Assembly (NCBI GenBank): GCA_032718475.1
Contig: JAUCBJ010007729.1
Location: forward strand, 1,099 to 65,098
Origin: Nemertoderma westbladi
Taxonomy: Eukaryota; Animalia; Xenacoelomorpha
Direction of reading: 5' to 3'
Length of the DNA stretch: 64,000 nucleotides
Both the position numbers and the translations under genes were made by a program. Numbering within the stretch: position 1 is the stretch's first letter; every line of letters begins with the position of its first letter. Shown here piece after piece: positions 38,301 to 52,874 of this stretch. The notes beneath the pieces were generated by a model. The model was not told the origin of the DNA, ran no database searches, and was given only the letters and a program-made list of their open reading frames with translations.

Positions 38301-41300
38301 TACGGATCATAAATAAACGGGTCATAGTACGGATCATAAATAATCGGGTCATAGTACGGATCATAAATAAACGGGTCATATGGTACGGATCATAAATAAT
38401 CGGGTCATAGTACGGATCATAAATAATCGGGTCATAGTACGGATCATAAATAAACGGGTCATAGTACGGATCATTAATAATCGGGTCATAGTACGGATCA
38501 TAAATAATTGGTCATAGTACGGATCATAAATAAACGGGTCATAGTACGGATCATAAATAATCGGGTTATAGTACGGATCATAAATAAACGGGTCATAGTA
38601 CGGATCATAAATAATCGGGTCATAGTACGGATCATAAATAAACGGGTCATAGTACGGATCATAAATAAACGGGTCATAGTACGGATCATTAATAATCGGG
38701 TTATAGTACGGATCATAAATAAACGGGTCATAGTACGGATCATAAATAATCGGGTCATAAATAATCGGGTAATAGTACGGATCATAAATAATCGGGTCAT
38801 AGTACGGATCATAAATAATCGGGTCATATGGTACGGATCATAAATAATCGGGTCATATGGTACGGATCATAAATAATCGGGTCATAGTACGGATCATAAA
38901 TAATCGGGTTATAGTACGGATCATAAATAATCGGGTCATATGGTACGGATCATAAAGAATCGGGTCATAGTACGGATCATAAATAATCGGGTCATATAGT
39001 ACGGATCATAAATAATCGGGTCATATGGTACGGATCATAAAGAATCGGGTCATAGTACGGATCATAAATAATCGGGTCATATGGTACGGATCATAAATAA
39101 TCGGGTCATATGGTACGGATCATAAATAATCGGGTCATATGGTACGGATCATAAAGAATCGGGTCATAGTACGGATCATAAATAATCGGGTCATATGGTA
39201 CGGATCATAAATAATCGGGTCATAGTACGGATCATAAATAATCGGGTCATATGGTACGGATCATAAATAATCGGGTTATAGTACGGATCATAAATAATTG
39301 GGTTATAGTACGGATCATAAATAATCGGGTCATATGGTACGGATCATAAATAATCGGGTTATAGTACGGATCATAAATAAACGGGTCATAGTACGGATCA
39401 TAAATAAACGGGTCATAGTACGGATCATAAATAATCGGGTCATAGTACGGATCATAAATAATTGGGTTATAGTACGGATCATAAATAATTGGGTTATAGT
39501 ACGGATCATAAATAATCGGGTCATAGTACGGATCATAAATAATCGGGTCATAGTACGGATCATAAATAATCGGGTCATAGTACGGATCATACAGGATCTA
39601 CAGGAGCTAATAAACCAACAGGTTGATGCCATCAATGATGCTGATGACAGCAGGCAATCATCCCAGGCATGGAAATCGATCAATCTGCTTACTGGGCGGA
39701 AAAGCCAACCAACCACCAAGGTTAAGGCTGAATCACCAGCCGATCGCCTTAATGGTTGGAAAGCCCACTTTGCAAAGCTCCTCAATAATGACAGGGTATT
39801 GCCTGATAACTTTATAGAAGTAAAAGTGTCTGAGTCTGTACTCCCAGATATTCCCATTGGCGATATCTCCTTTGCAGAAGTGAAGGCTGCTGCAAAGAGC
39901 ATTAAGACCAATCGTGCCAGTGGAGTAGATGGTGTTCCCCCTGAGGTCTTTAAAATACCTGAGTGTTTAAAGCTCATCTATCCCATCATAGTAGACATGT
40001 ACCGTACAACAAGAGTCCCACAAGAAATGAAAACAAATAAGTTGGTGCCAGTTCCCAAGAAGGGCAACCTAACACTCTATGGTTCTTTTCGGGGAATCTC
40101 ATTGATCTCGATTGCTGCAAAACTATACAATAGAATTCTATTAAATCGCATCAGGGATCCCATTGAGAGACTGCTACGTGGAAATCAGAATGGGTTCCGT
40201 AAAGGTCGTGGGACCATGGAGCCCATTTTGGCACTTAGAAGGATAATTGAAGAGTTATCAAAAAAGAAAGACAGGCATCTGGCTGTTATCTTTGTTGACT
40301 TCTTCAAGGCCTTTGATTCAGTCTCTCGCTCACGTATGTTCAGCATACTTTCATTATATGGGATTCCTGATGAAATTATTGCAGCAATCAGATCAGTATA
40401 CGATGGTTCGACAACATTTGTGTCTACTGTTGACGGTGACACAGAACCATTTGAAGTGTTATGGGGCGTCCTCCAAGGAGACACACTTGCACCATTCTTG
40501 TTCATTATTGTGGTTGACTATGTTCTACGCATGTCCTTAGATCATCATAATGATGATGGGGTGATGATAACTCCACCTACTGGCTCCAGAAGTCGAGGAA
40601 ATCCTGCCAAGTACCTAACTGATCTAGACTTTGCTGATGACTTAGGAGTACTCTCAGAATCATTAGAGGGAGCCCAGCGGCTCCTCAGCTCATTAGAACA
40701 TGCTGCTTCTAGTGTTGGTCTTTTTATTAACTCCAGAAAGACCAAAATTCTGACAGTTAACTTTGAAAGTCCTCAGCAAGTCTCTGATCGGATGAGCATA
40801 AGCTCAAAGGATGGTATGCTTGAGCATGTGGACGACTTCTGTTACCTGGGATCATGGATCCGGAAGTCAGGTGAGGACCTTCGAATACGTAAGGGAAAGG
40901 CATGGGCAGCCTTGAATAGGCTTTCCAGGATTTGGAAGTCACCTAGAATTAATCGGAAACTTAAGGTCCGATTATTTAGAGCAGCAGTAGTTCCAGTACT
41001 CCTCTACGGGAGTCCATGCTGGGCTCTAACTGCTGAGGACACCAAATCTCTGGATGGCACATTCACAAGAATGTTACGCCGGGTACATTGTGTCAAGTAC
41101 AATGCACACATCTCCAACCAGACACTATATAACATTGGAGGTGTCTCATTGGTTCCCCCAAGCTGGACACTAGAACAAAATCGCCTCCGCTTTGCAGGAC
41201 ATTGCTTTCGCCGTGAGGACCAGCCAGTGCATAATCTTGTACTTTGGCAGCCTCATGGAGTGAATAAGCATGGTGGACAGCCCATGACTTTCTTGAGACG

Positions 41301-44300
41301 CATCTTAAAGGACACTGGCCTTAAAGATGCGGATGATCTAGCAAATGTCATGGGTGATAGGGAGTTGTGGCGGTGCAATTTTGTTGACAAGCCGGCACAG
41401 CATTCTTAAAAATGCAGCTGCAATGCAGCATGCCGATCCTAGTAGTACGGATCATAAATAATCGGGTCATAGTACGGATCATAAATAATTGGTCATAGTA
41501 CGGATCATAAATAATCGGGTCATATGGTACGGATCATAAATAATCGGGTTATAGTACGGATCATAAATAAACGGGTCATAGTACGGATCATAAATAATCG
41601 GGTCATAGTACGGATCATAAATAATCGGGTCATAGTACGGATCATAAATAATCGGGTCATAGTACGGATCATAAATAATCGGGTCATAGTACGGATCATA
41701 AATAATCGGGTCATAGTACGGATCATAAATAATCGGGTTATAGTACGGATCATAAATAAACGGGTCATAGTACGGATCATAAATAAACGGGTCATAGTAC
41801 GGATCATAAATAATCGGGTCATAGTACGGATCATAAATAATCGGGTCATAGTACGGATCATAAATAATCGGGTCATAGTACGGATCATAAATAATTGGTC
41901 ATAGTACGGATCATAAATAATCGGGTCATATGGTACGGATCATAAATAATCGGGTTATAGTACGGATCATAAATAAACGGGTCATAGTACGGATCATAAA
42001 TAATCGGGTCATAGTACGGATCATAAATAATTGGTCATAGTACGGATCATAAATAATCGGGTCATATGGTACGGATCATAAATAATCGGGTTATAGTACG
42101 GATCATAAATAAACGGGTCATAGTACGGATCATAAATAATCGGGTCATATGGTACGGATCATAAATAATCGGGTCATAGTACGGATCATAAATAATCGGG
42201 TCATAGTACGGATCATAAATAATTGGGTTATAGTACGGATCATAAATAATCGGGTCATAGTACGGATCATAAATAATCGGGTCATAGTACGGATCATAAA
42301 TAATCGGGTCATAGTACGGATCATAAATAATCGGGTCATAGTACGGATCATAAATAATCGGGTCATAGTACGGATCATAAATAATTGGGTTATAGTACGG
42401 ATCATAAATAATCGGGTCATAGTACGGATCATAAATAATCGGGTCATAGTACGGATCATAAATAATCGGGTCATAGTACGGATCATAAATAATCGGGTTA
42501 TAGTACGGATCATAAATAATCGGGTCATAGTACGGATCATAAATAATCGGGTTATAGTACGGATCATAAATAATCGGGTCATAGTACGGATCATAAATAA
42601 ACGGGTCATAGTACGGATCATAAATAATCGGGTCATAGTACGGATCATAAATAATCGGGTCATAGTACGGATCATAAATAATCGGGTCATAGTACGGATC
42701 ATAAATAAACGGGTTATAGTACGGATCATAAATAAACGGGTCATATGGTACGGATCATAAATAATCGGGTCATAGTACGGATCATAAATAAACGGGTCAT
42801 AGTACGGATCATAAATAATCGGGTCATAGTACGGATCATAAATAATCGGGTCATAGTACGGATCATAAATAATCGGGTCATAGTACGGATCATAAATAAT
42901 CGGGTCATAGTACGGATCATAAATAAACGGGTCATAGTACGGATCATAAATAAACGGGTCATAGTACGGATCATAAATAATCGGGTCATAGTACGGATCA
43001 TAAATAATCGGGTCATAGTACGGATCATAAATAAACGGGTCATAGTACGGATCATAAATAATCGGGTCATAGTACGGATCATAAATAATCGGGTCATAGT
43101 ACGGATCATAAATAAACGGGTCATAGTACGGATCATAAATAATCGGGTCATAGTACGGATCATAAATAATCGGGTCATAGTACGGATCATAAATAAACGG
43201 GTTATAGTACGGATCATAAATAAACGGGTCATATGGTACGGATCATAAATAATCGGGTCATAGTACGGATCATAAATAAACGGGTCATAGTACGGATTAT
43301 AAATAATCGGGTCATAGTACGGATCATAAATAATCGGGTTATAGTACGGATCATAAATAATCGGGTTATAGTACGGATCATAAATAATCGGGTCATAGTA
43401 CGGATCATAAATAATCGGGTCATAGTACGGATCATAAATAATCGGGTCATAGTACGGATCATAAATAAACGGGTCATAGTACGGATCATAAATAAACGGG
43501 TCATAGTACGGATCATAAATAATCGGGTCATAGTACGGATCATAAATAATCGGGTCATAGTACGGATCATAAATAATCGGGTCATAGTACGGATCATAAA
43601 TAATCGGGTCATAGTACGGATCATAAATAATCGGGTCATAGTACGGATCATAAATAATCGGGTCATAGTACGGATCATAAATAATCGGGTCATAGTACGG
43701 ATCATAAATAAACGGGTCATAGTACGGATCATAAATAAACGGGTCATAGTACGGATCATAAATAATCGGGTCATAGTACGGATCATAAATAATCGGGTCA
43801 TAGTACGGATCATAAATAAACGGGTCATAGTACGGATCATAAATAATCGGGTCATATGGTACGGATCATAAATAATCGGGTCATATGGTACGGATCATAA
43901 ATAATCGGGTTATAGTACGGATCATAAATAAACGGGTCATATGGTACGGATCATAAATAATCGGGTCATAGTACGGATCATAAATAAACGGGTCATAGTA
44001 CGGATCATAAATAATCGGGTCATATGGTACGGATCATAAATAATCGGGTTATAGTACGGATCATAAATAAACGGGTCATATGGTACGGATCATAAATAAT
44101 CGGGTCATAGTACGGATCATAAATAATCGGGTCATAGTACGGATCATAAATAATCGGGTTATAGTACGGATCATAAATAATCGGGTTATAGTACGGATCA
44201 TAAATAATCGGGTCATATGGTACGGATCATACATAATCGGGTCATAGTACGGATCATAAATAATCGGGTTATAGTACGGATCATAAATAATTGGGTTATA

Positions 44301-47300
44301 GTACGGATCATAAATAATCGGGTCATATGGTACGGATCATAAATAATCGGGTTATAGTACGGATCATAAATAATCGGGTTATAGTACGGATCATAAATAA
44401 TCGGGTCATAGTACGGATCATAAATAATCGGGTCATATGGTACGGATCATAAATAATCGGGTCATATGGTACGGATCATAAATAATCGGGTTATAGTACG
44501 GATCATAAATAATTGGGTTATAGTACGGATCATAAATAATCGGGTCATATGGTACGGATCATAAATAATCGGGTTATAGTACGGATCATAAATAATCGGG
44601 TCATAGTACGGATCATAAATAATCGGGTCATAGTACGGATCATAAATAATCGGGTCATATGGTACGGATCATAAATAATCGGGTTATAGTACGGATCATA
44701 AATAAACGGGTCATAGTACGGATCATAAATAATTGGGTTATAGTACGGATCATAAATAATCGGGTCATATGGTACGGATCATAAATAATCGGGTTATAGT
44801 ACGGATCATAAATAATCGGGTCATAGTACGGATCATAAATAATCGGGTCATATGGTACGGATCATAAATAAACGGGTCATAGTACGGATCATAAATAAAC
44901 GGGTCATAGTACGGATCATAAATAATCGGGTCATATGGTACGGATCATAAATAAACGGGTCATAGTACGGATCATAAATAATCGGGTCATAGTACGGATC
45001 ATAAATAATCGGGTCATAGTACGGATCATAAATAATCGGGTCATATGGTACGGATCATAAATAATCGGGTCATAGTACGGATCATAAATAATCGGGTCAT
45101 AGTACGGATCATTAATAAACGGGTCATAGTACGGATCATAAATAATCGGGTTATAGTACGGATCATAAATAATCGGGTCATAGTACGGATCATTAATAAT
45201 CGGGTCATAGTACGGATCATAAATAATCGGGTCATAGTACGGATCATAAATAATCGGGTCATATGGTACGGATCATAAATAATCGGGTTATAGTACGGAT
45301 CATAAATAATCGGGTTATAGTACGGATCATAAATAATCGGGTCATAGTACGGATCATAAATAATCGGGTCATAGTACGGATCATAAATAATTGGGTTATA
45401 GTACGGATCATAAATAATCGGGTCATAGTACGGATCATAAATAATCGGGTTATAGTACGGATCATAAATAAACGGGTCATAGTACGGATCATAAATAATC
45501 GGGTCATAGTACGGATCATAAATAATCGGGTCATAGTACGGATCATAAATAATCGGGTCATAGTACGGATCATTAATAAACGGGTCATAGTACGGATCAT
45601 TAATAATCGGGTTATAGTACGGATCATTAATAAACGGGTCATAGTACGGATCATAAATAATCGGGTCATAGTACGGATCATAAATAATCGGGTCATAGTA
45701 CGGATCATAAATAATCGGGTCATATGGTACGGATCATAAATAATCGGGTTATAGTACGGATCATTAATAAACGGGTCATAGTACGGATCATAAATAATCG
45801 GGTCATAGTACGGATCATAAATAATCGGGTCATAGTACGGATCATAAATAATCGGGTCATATGGTACGGATCATAAATAATCGGGTTATAGTACGGATCA
45901 TAAATAAACGGGTCATAGTACGGATCATAAATAATCGGGTCATAGTACGGATCATAAATAATCGGGTCATAGTACGGATCATAAATAATTGGGTTATAGT
46001 ACGGATCATAAATAATCGGGTCATAGTACGGATCATAAATAATCGGGTTATAGTACGGATCATAAATAAACGGGTCATAGTACGGATCATAAATAATCGG
46101 GTTATAGTACGGATCATAAATAAACGGGTCATAGTACGGATCATAAATAAACGGGTCATAGTACGGATCATAAATAATCGGGTCATAGTACGGATCATAA
46201 ATAATCGGGTCATAGTACGGATCATAAATAATCGGGTTATAGTACGGATCATAAATAAACGGGTCATAGTACGGATCATAAATAATCGGGTTATAGTACG
46301 GATCATAAATAAACGGGTCATAGTACGGATCATAAATAAACGGGTCATATGGTACGGATCATAAATAATCGGGTCATAGTACGGATCATAAATAATCGGG
46401 TCATAGTACGGATCATAAATAATTGGGTCATAGTACGGATCATAAATAATCGGGTCATAGTACGGATCATAAATAATCGGGTCATAGTACGGATCATAAA
46501 TAATCGGGTCATATGTACGGATCATAAATAATCGGGTCATAGTACGGATCATAAATAATCGGGTCATAGTACGGATCATAAATAAACGGGTCATAGTACG
46601 GATCATAAATAATCGGGTTATAGTACGGATCATAAATAATCGGGTCATATGGTACGGATCATAAATAATCGGGTTATAGTACGGATCATAAATAATCGGG
46701 TCATAGTACGGATCATAAATAATCGGGTCATAGTACGGATCATAAATAATCGGGTTATAGTACGGATCATAAATAATCGGGTCATATGGTACGGATCATA
46801 AATAATCGGGTTATAGTACGGATCATAAATAAACGGGTCATAGTACGGATCATAAATAATCGGGTCATAGTACGGATCATAAATAATCGGGTTATAGTAC
46901 GGATCATAAATAATCGGGTCATATGGTACGGATCATAAATAATCGGGTCATAGTACGGATCATAAATAAACGGGTCATAGTACGGATCATAAATAATCGG
47001 GTTATAGTACGGATCATAAATAATCGGGTCATAGTACGGATCATAAATAATCGGGTCATAGTACGGATCATAAATAAACGGGTCATAGTACGGATCATAA
47101 ATAATCGGGTCATAGTACGGATCATAAATAATCGGGTTATAGTACGGATCATAAATAATCGGGTCATAGTACGGATCATAAATAATCGGGTTATAGTACG
47201 GATCATAAATAATCGGGTCATAGTACGGATCATAAATAATCGGGTCATAGTACGGATCATAAATAATCGGGTTATAGTACGGATCATAAATAATCGGGTC

Positions 47301-50300
47301 ATAGTACGGATCATAAATAATCGGGTCATAGTACGGATCATAAATAAACGGGTCATATGGTACGGATCATAAATAAACGGGTCATAGTACGGATCATAAA
47401 TAATCGGGTCATAGTACGGATCATAAATAATCGGGTCATAGTACGGATCATAAATAATCGGGTCATAGTACGGATCATAAATAATCGGGTTATAGTACGG
47501 ATCATAAATAATCGGGTCATAGTACGGATCATAAATAAACGGGTTATAGTACGGATCATAAATAATCGGGTCATAGTACGGATCATAAATAATCGGGTCA
47601 TAGTACGGATCATAAATAATCGGGTTATAGTACGGATCATAAATAATCGGGTTATAGTACGGATCATAAATAAACGGGTCATAGTACGGATCATAAATAA
47701 TCGGGTCATAGTACGGATCATAAATAATCGGGTCATATGGTACGGATCATAAATAATCGGGTCATAGTACGGATCATAAATAATCGGGTCATAGTACGGA
47801 TCATAAATAATCGGGTCATAGTACGGATCATAAATAATCGGGTCATAGTACGGATCATAAATAATCGGGTCATAGTACGGATCATAAATAATCGGGTTAT
47901 AGTACGGATCATAAATAATCGGGTCATATGGTACGGATCATAAATAATCGGGTCATAGTACGGATCATAAATAAACGGGTCATAGTACGGATCATAAATA
48001 ATCGGGTTATAGTACGGATCATAAATAATCGGGTCATAGTACGGATCATAAATAATCGGGTCATAGTACGGATCATAAATAATCGGGTCATAGTACGGAT
48101 CATAAATAATCGGGTTATAGTACGGATCATAAATAATCGGGTCATATGGTACGGATCATAAATAATCGGGTCATAGTACGGATCATAAATAAACGGGTCA
48201 TAGTACGGATCATAAATAATCGGGTTATAGTACGGATCATAAATAATCGGGTCATAGTACGGATCATAAATAATCGGGTCATAGTACGGATCATAAATAA
48301 ACGGGTCATAGTACGGATCATAAATAATCGGGTTATAGTACGGATCATAAATAATCGGGTCATAGTACGGATCATAAATAATCGGGTCATAGTACGGATC
48401 ATAAATAATCGGGTTATAGTACGGATCATAAATAATCGGGTCATAGTACGGATCATAAATAATCGGGTCATAGTACGGATCATAAATAAACGGGTCATAG
48501 TACGGATCATAAATAATTGGGTCATAGTACGGATCATAAATAATCGGGTTATAGTACGGATCATAAATAAACGGGTCATAGTACGGATCATAAATAATCG
48601 TGTTATAGTACGGATCATAAATAATCGGGTCATATGGTACGGATCATAAATAATCGGGTTATAGTACGGATCATAAATAAACGGATCATAGTACGGATCA
48701 TAAATAATCGGGTTATAGTACGGATCATAAATAAACGGGTCATAGTACGGATCATAAATAATCGGGTTATAGTACGGATCATAAATAAACAGGTCATAGT
48801 ACGGATCATAAATAATCGGGTCATAGTACGAATCATAAATAATCGGGTCATAGTACGGATCATAAATAATCGGGTCATAGTACGGATCATAAATAATCGG
48901 GTTATAGTACGGATCATAAATAATCGGGTCATATGGTACGGATCATAAATAATCGGGTTATAGTACGGATCATAAATAAACGGGTCATAGTACGGATCAT
49001 AAATAAACGGGTCATAGTACGGATCATAAATAATTGGGTCATAGTACGGATCATAAATAATCGGGTTATAGTACGGATCATAAATAATCGGGTCATAGTA
49101 CGGATCATAAATAAACGGGTCATAGTACGGATCATAAATAATCGGGTCATAGTACGGATCATAAATAATCGGGTCATAGTACGGATCATAAATAATCGGG
49201 TCATATGGTACGGATCATAAATAAACGGGTTATAGTACGGATCATAAATAATCGGGTCATAGTACGGATCATAAATAATCGGGTTATAGTACGGATCATA
49301 AATAAACGGGTCATAGTACGGATCATTAATAATCGGGTCATAGTACGGATCATAAATAATCGGGTTATAGTACGGATCATAAATAATCGGGTCATAGTAC
49401 GGATCATAAATAAACGGGTCATAGTACGGATCATAAATAAACGGGTCATAGTACGGATCATAAATAATCGGGTCATAGTACGGATCATAAATAATCGGGT
49501 TATAGTACGGATCATAAATAAACGGGTCATAGTACGGATCATAAATAATCGGGTTATAGTACGGATCATAAATAAACGGGTCATAGTACGGATCATAAAT
49601 AATCGGGTCATAGTACGGATCATAAATAATCGGGTCATAGTACGGATCATAAATAATCGGGTCATAGTACGGATCATAAATAATCGGGTTATAGTACGGA
49701 TCATAAATAATCGGGTCATAGTACGGATCATAAATAAACGGGTCATATGGTACGGATCATAAATAATCGGGTTATAGTACGGATCATAAATAAACGGGTC
49801 ATAGTACGGATCATAAATAATCGGGTTATAGTACGGATCATAAATAATTGGGTCATAGTACGGATCATAAATAAACGGGTCATAGTACGGATCATAAATA
49901 AACGGGTCATAGTACGGATCATAAATAATCGGGTCATAGTACGGATCATAAATAATTGGGTTATAGTACGGATCATAAATAATCGGGTTATAGTACGGAT
50001 CATAAATAAACGGGTCATAGTACGGATCATAAATAAACGGGTCATATGGTACGGATCATAAATAATCGGGTTATAGTACGGATCATAAATAATCGGGTCA
50101 TAGTACGGATCATAAATAATCGGGTCATAGTACGGATCATAAATAATCGGGTCATAGTACGGATCATAAATAAACGGGTCATATAGTACGGATCATAAAT
50201 AAACGGGTCATAGTACGGATCATAAATAATCGGGTCATAGTACGGATCATAAATAAACGGGTCATATGGTACGGATCATAAATAATCGGGTCATAGTACG

Positions 50301-51611
50301 GATCATAAATAATCGGGTCATATGGTACGGATCATAAATAATTGGTCATAGTACGGATCATAAATAATCGGGTCATATGGTACGGATCATAAATAATCGG
50401 GTCATAGTACGGATCATAAATAATCGGGTCATAGTACGGATCATAAATAAACGGGTCATATGGTACGGATCATAAATAATCGGGTCATAGTACGGATCAT
50501 AAATAATTGGTCATAGTACGGATCATAAATAATCGGGTCATATGGTACGGATCATAAATAATCGGGTCATAGTACGGATCATAAATAATCGGGTCATAGT
50601 ACGGATCATAAATAATCGGGTCATATGGTACGGATCATAAATAATCGGGTTATATGGTACGGATCATAAATAATCGGGTCATAGTACGGATCATAAATAA
50701 TCGGGTCATAGTACGGATCATAAATAAACGGGTCATATGGTACGGATCATAAATAATCGGGTCATAGTACGGATCATAAATAATTGGTCATAGTACGGAT
50801 CATAAATAATCGGGTCATATGGTACGGATCATAAATAATCGGGTCATAGTACGGATCATAAATAATCGGGTCATAGTACGGATCATAAATAATCGGGTCA
50901 TAGTACGGATCATAAATAATCGGGTCATAGTACGGATCATAAATAATCGGGTCATAGTACGGATCATAAATAATCGGGTCATAGTACGGATCATAAATAA
51001 TCGGGTCATAGTACGGATCATAAATAATCGGGTCATAGTACGGATCATTAATAAACGGGTCATAGTACGGATCATAAATAATCGGGTCATAGTACGGATC
51101 ATAAATAATCGGGTCATAGTACGGATCATAAATAATCGGGTTATAGTACGGATCATTAATAAACGGGTCATAGTACGGATCATAAATAATCGGGTCAAAG
51201 TACGGATCATAAATAATCGGGTTATAGTACGGATCATAAATAAACGGGTCATAGTACGGATCATAAATAATCGGGTCATAGTACGGATCATAAATAATCG
51301 GGTCATAGTACGGATCATAAATAATCGGGTCATAGTACGGATCATAAATAAACGGGTCATAGTGCGGATCATAAATAAACGGGTCATATGGTACGGATCA
51401 TAAATAATCGGGTTATAGTACGGATCATAAATAAACGGGTCATAGTACGGATCATAAATAATCGGGTTATAGTACGGATCATAAATAAACGGGTCATAGT
51501 ACGGATCATAAATAATCGGGTCATAGTACGGATCATAAATAATCGGGTCATAGTACGGATCATAAATAAACGGGTCATAGTACGGATCATAAATAATCGG
51601 GTCACAGTACG
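26312..51611. repeat. 27-bp satellite array, consensus CGGGTCATAGTACGGATCATAAATAAT, ~23.4 kb of repeat (roughly 850-870 monomers), interrupted by an RTE
   Basis: Continuous tandem units with recurrent variants: AAAC/AATC, GGTCAT/GGTTAT, 29-bp CATATGGTAC, CATTAAT, AATTGG and AAAGAATC. Confidence 0.99.
39592..41442 (+). mobile_element. Young 5'-truncated RTE-clade LINE inserted in the satellite; intact RT frame, endonuclease lost
   Basis: Open frame to TAA at 41409 with RASGVDG, FRGISLIS, NQNGFRKGRGT, VDFFKAFDSV, GVLQGDTLAPFLF, LDFADD, FCYLGSW and RLRFAGHCFR. 33-nt 3' UTR ending TAG; target repeat TAGTACGGATCATA at 39578-39591 and 41443-41456. Confidence 0.95.
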
Positions 51612-52874
51612 TGTTCGCGCTTTCAGACCTTTAGCAGTTTAACCTGCCAAATTTAGATGTCTTCTAGATTATAAATAGACTTTAGCCTATGACGAGTATT
51701 TGATACACTACATTAGCCGAAGCCAGTCTATGCGCGACCATTCACCCGCTGGATATACCCGGGAGACTGGATTCGGAAGCTTTGACCTTATTGCGGTGTA
51801 GGCCTACTGTATTATTCGACTGATCGTTAATATATAATTTCTGACAAATATTATTCACTTTCGGGAAATATTAACAGTTCCTTTAGGACGTGGCGCTCTA
51901 AATATGTAAACAGAGTTATGACTTATACTAGACACAACGGGATGGCTATGGATTCACGTATAAAGCGCATTCTTTAGGAGATGCTTTGTTATCAGTCACA
52001 ATCATGCACACTACCGCACAATGCTGCACACCGATCTGCCGACCTTCACTAATTTTAGTCACATATAAAGAGAACAACAACCGACTCATGTAGTGCCTAT
52101 GAAATAGCATTAGATTCACTCCAAAACCACTTTAATGTAAGTCGCAATTGTTATATGTAACCGGTCTCTCACCTTCAGTATATCAAGAAGATTGGGGGTT
52201 TTATGATTATTCACCGATATTATCCAAATATAATAATATTCCATCAACTGATATAATTAATAACCGACAGTAAATAGCAGTAAAAATGCGGTGTTTGTAG
52301 TTGACAATATGATTTGACACACTGACTTGTGATTAGTTTGTGTTGCGATAACAGTTATACGTTTCTATGACCAAAGCCTACTAATGTTTGGCTAAAGCCT
52401 GAAACAAAGAAATTCCAAAGCCGGTCTTCTGGCTGTGGACAAAATACACATACTGACTGAATTGCATGAGCTTCTGTATACAATCTCCAACACAGAGTCT
52501 AAAAACGCTCTGATTGGTCGACCGAACAAAGAACGAACAAAGAACAAAGAAATGTTACACGTGGACATATCAGCTGTTAGATGTCGTCATGGTAACTACA
52601 CTGTATCAAGAGGATTTTGGCTTATTGCGACATAAGATCGCTAGTTATGTCCGCTAAAGTACACATACAGAAGAAATGGCTTTTTATGTCCACTAAAACA
52701 CCGGTACAGTAAGGAAACGGCTTTTTATGTCCGTTAAAACACCTACAGAGTACTTTGCGGGGAAAATAACTAGCTAGATCCGCAAAAGCCTTTACACCGC
52801 TCCCAGAAAATGGGATTTAATTCTATAAAATATAAAAAATCACAGTTTCTAAAATATAAAAATACTCTAAACAG

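Noticed and set aside
26312-51611. CRISPR-like array interpretation of the satellite or minisatellites
   Set aside because: No unique spacers, no cas genes, and a eukaryotic context.
26270-51642. Dozens of ORFs reading (MTRLFMIRT)n, (VIVRIINNR)n or (YDPIIYDPY)n
   Set aside because: Artefacts of a 27-bp (9-codon) unit lacking stops in some frames; they break at every 26- or 29-bp variant, so there is no sign of frame selection.
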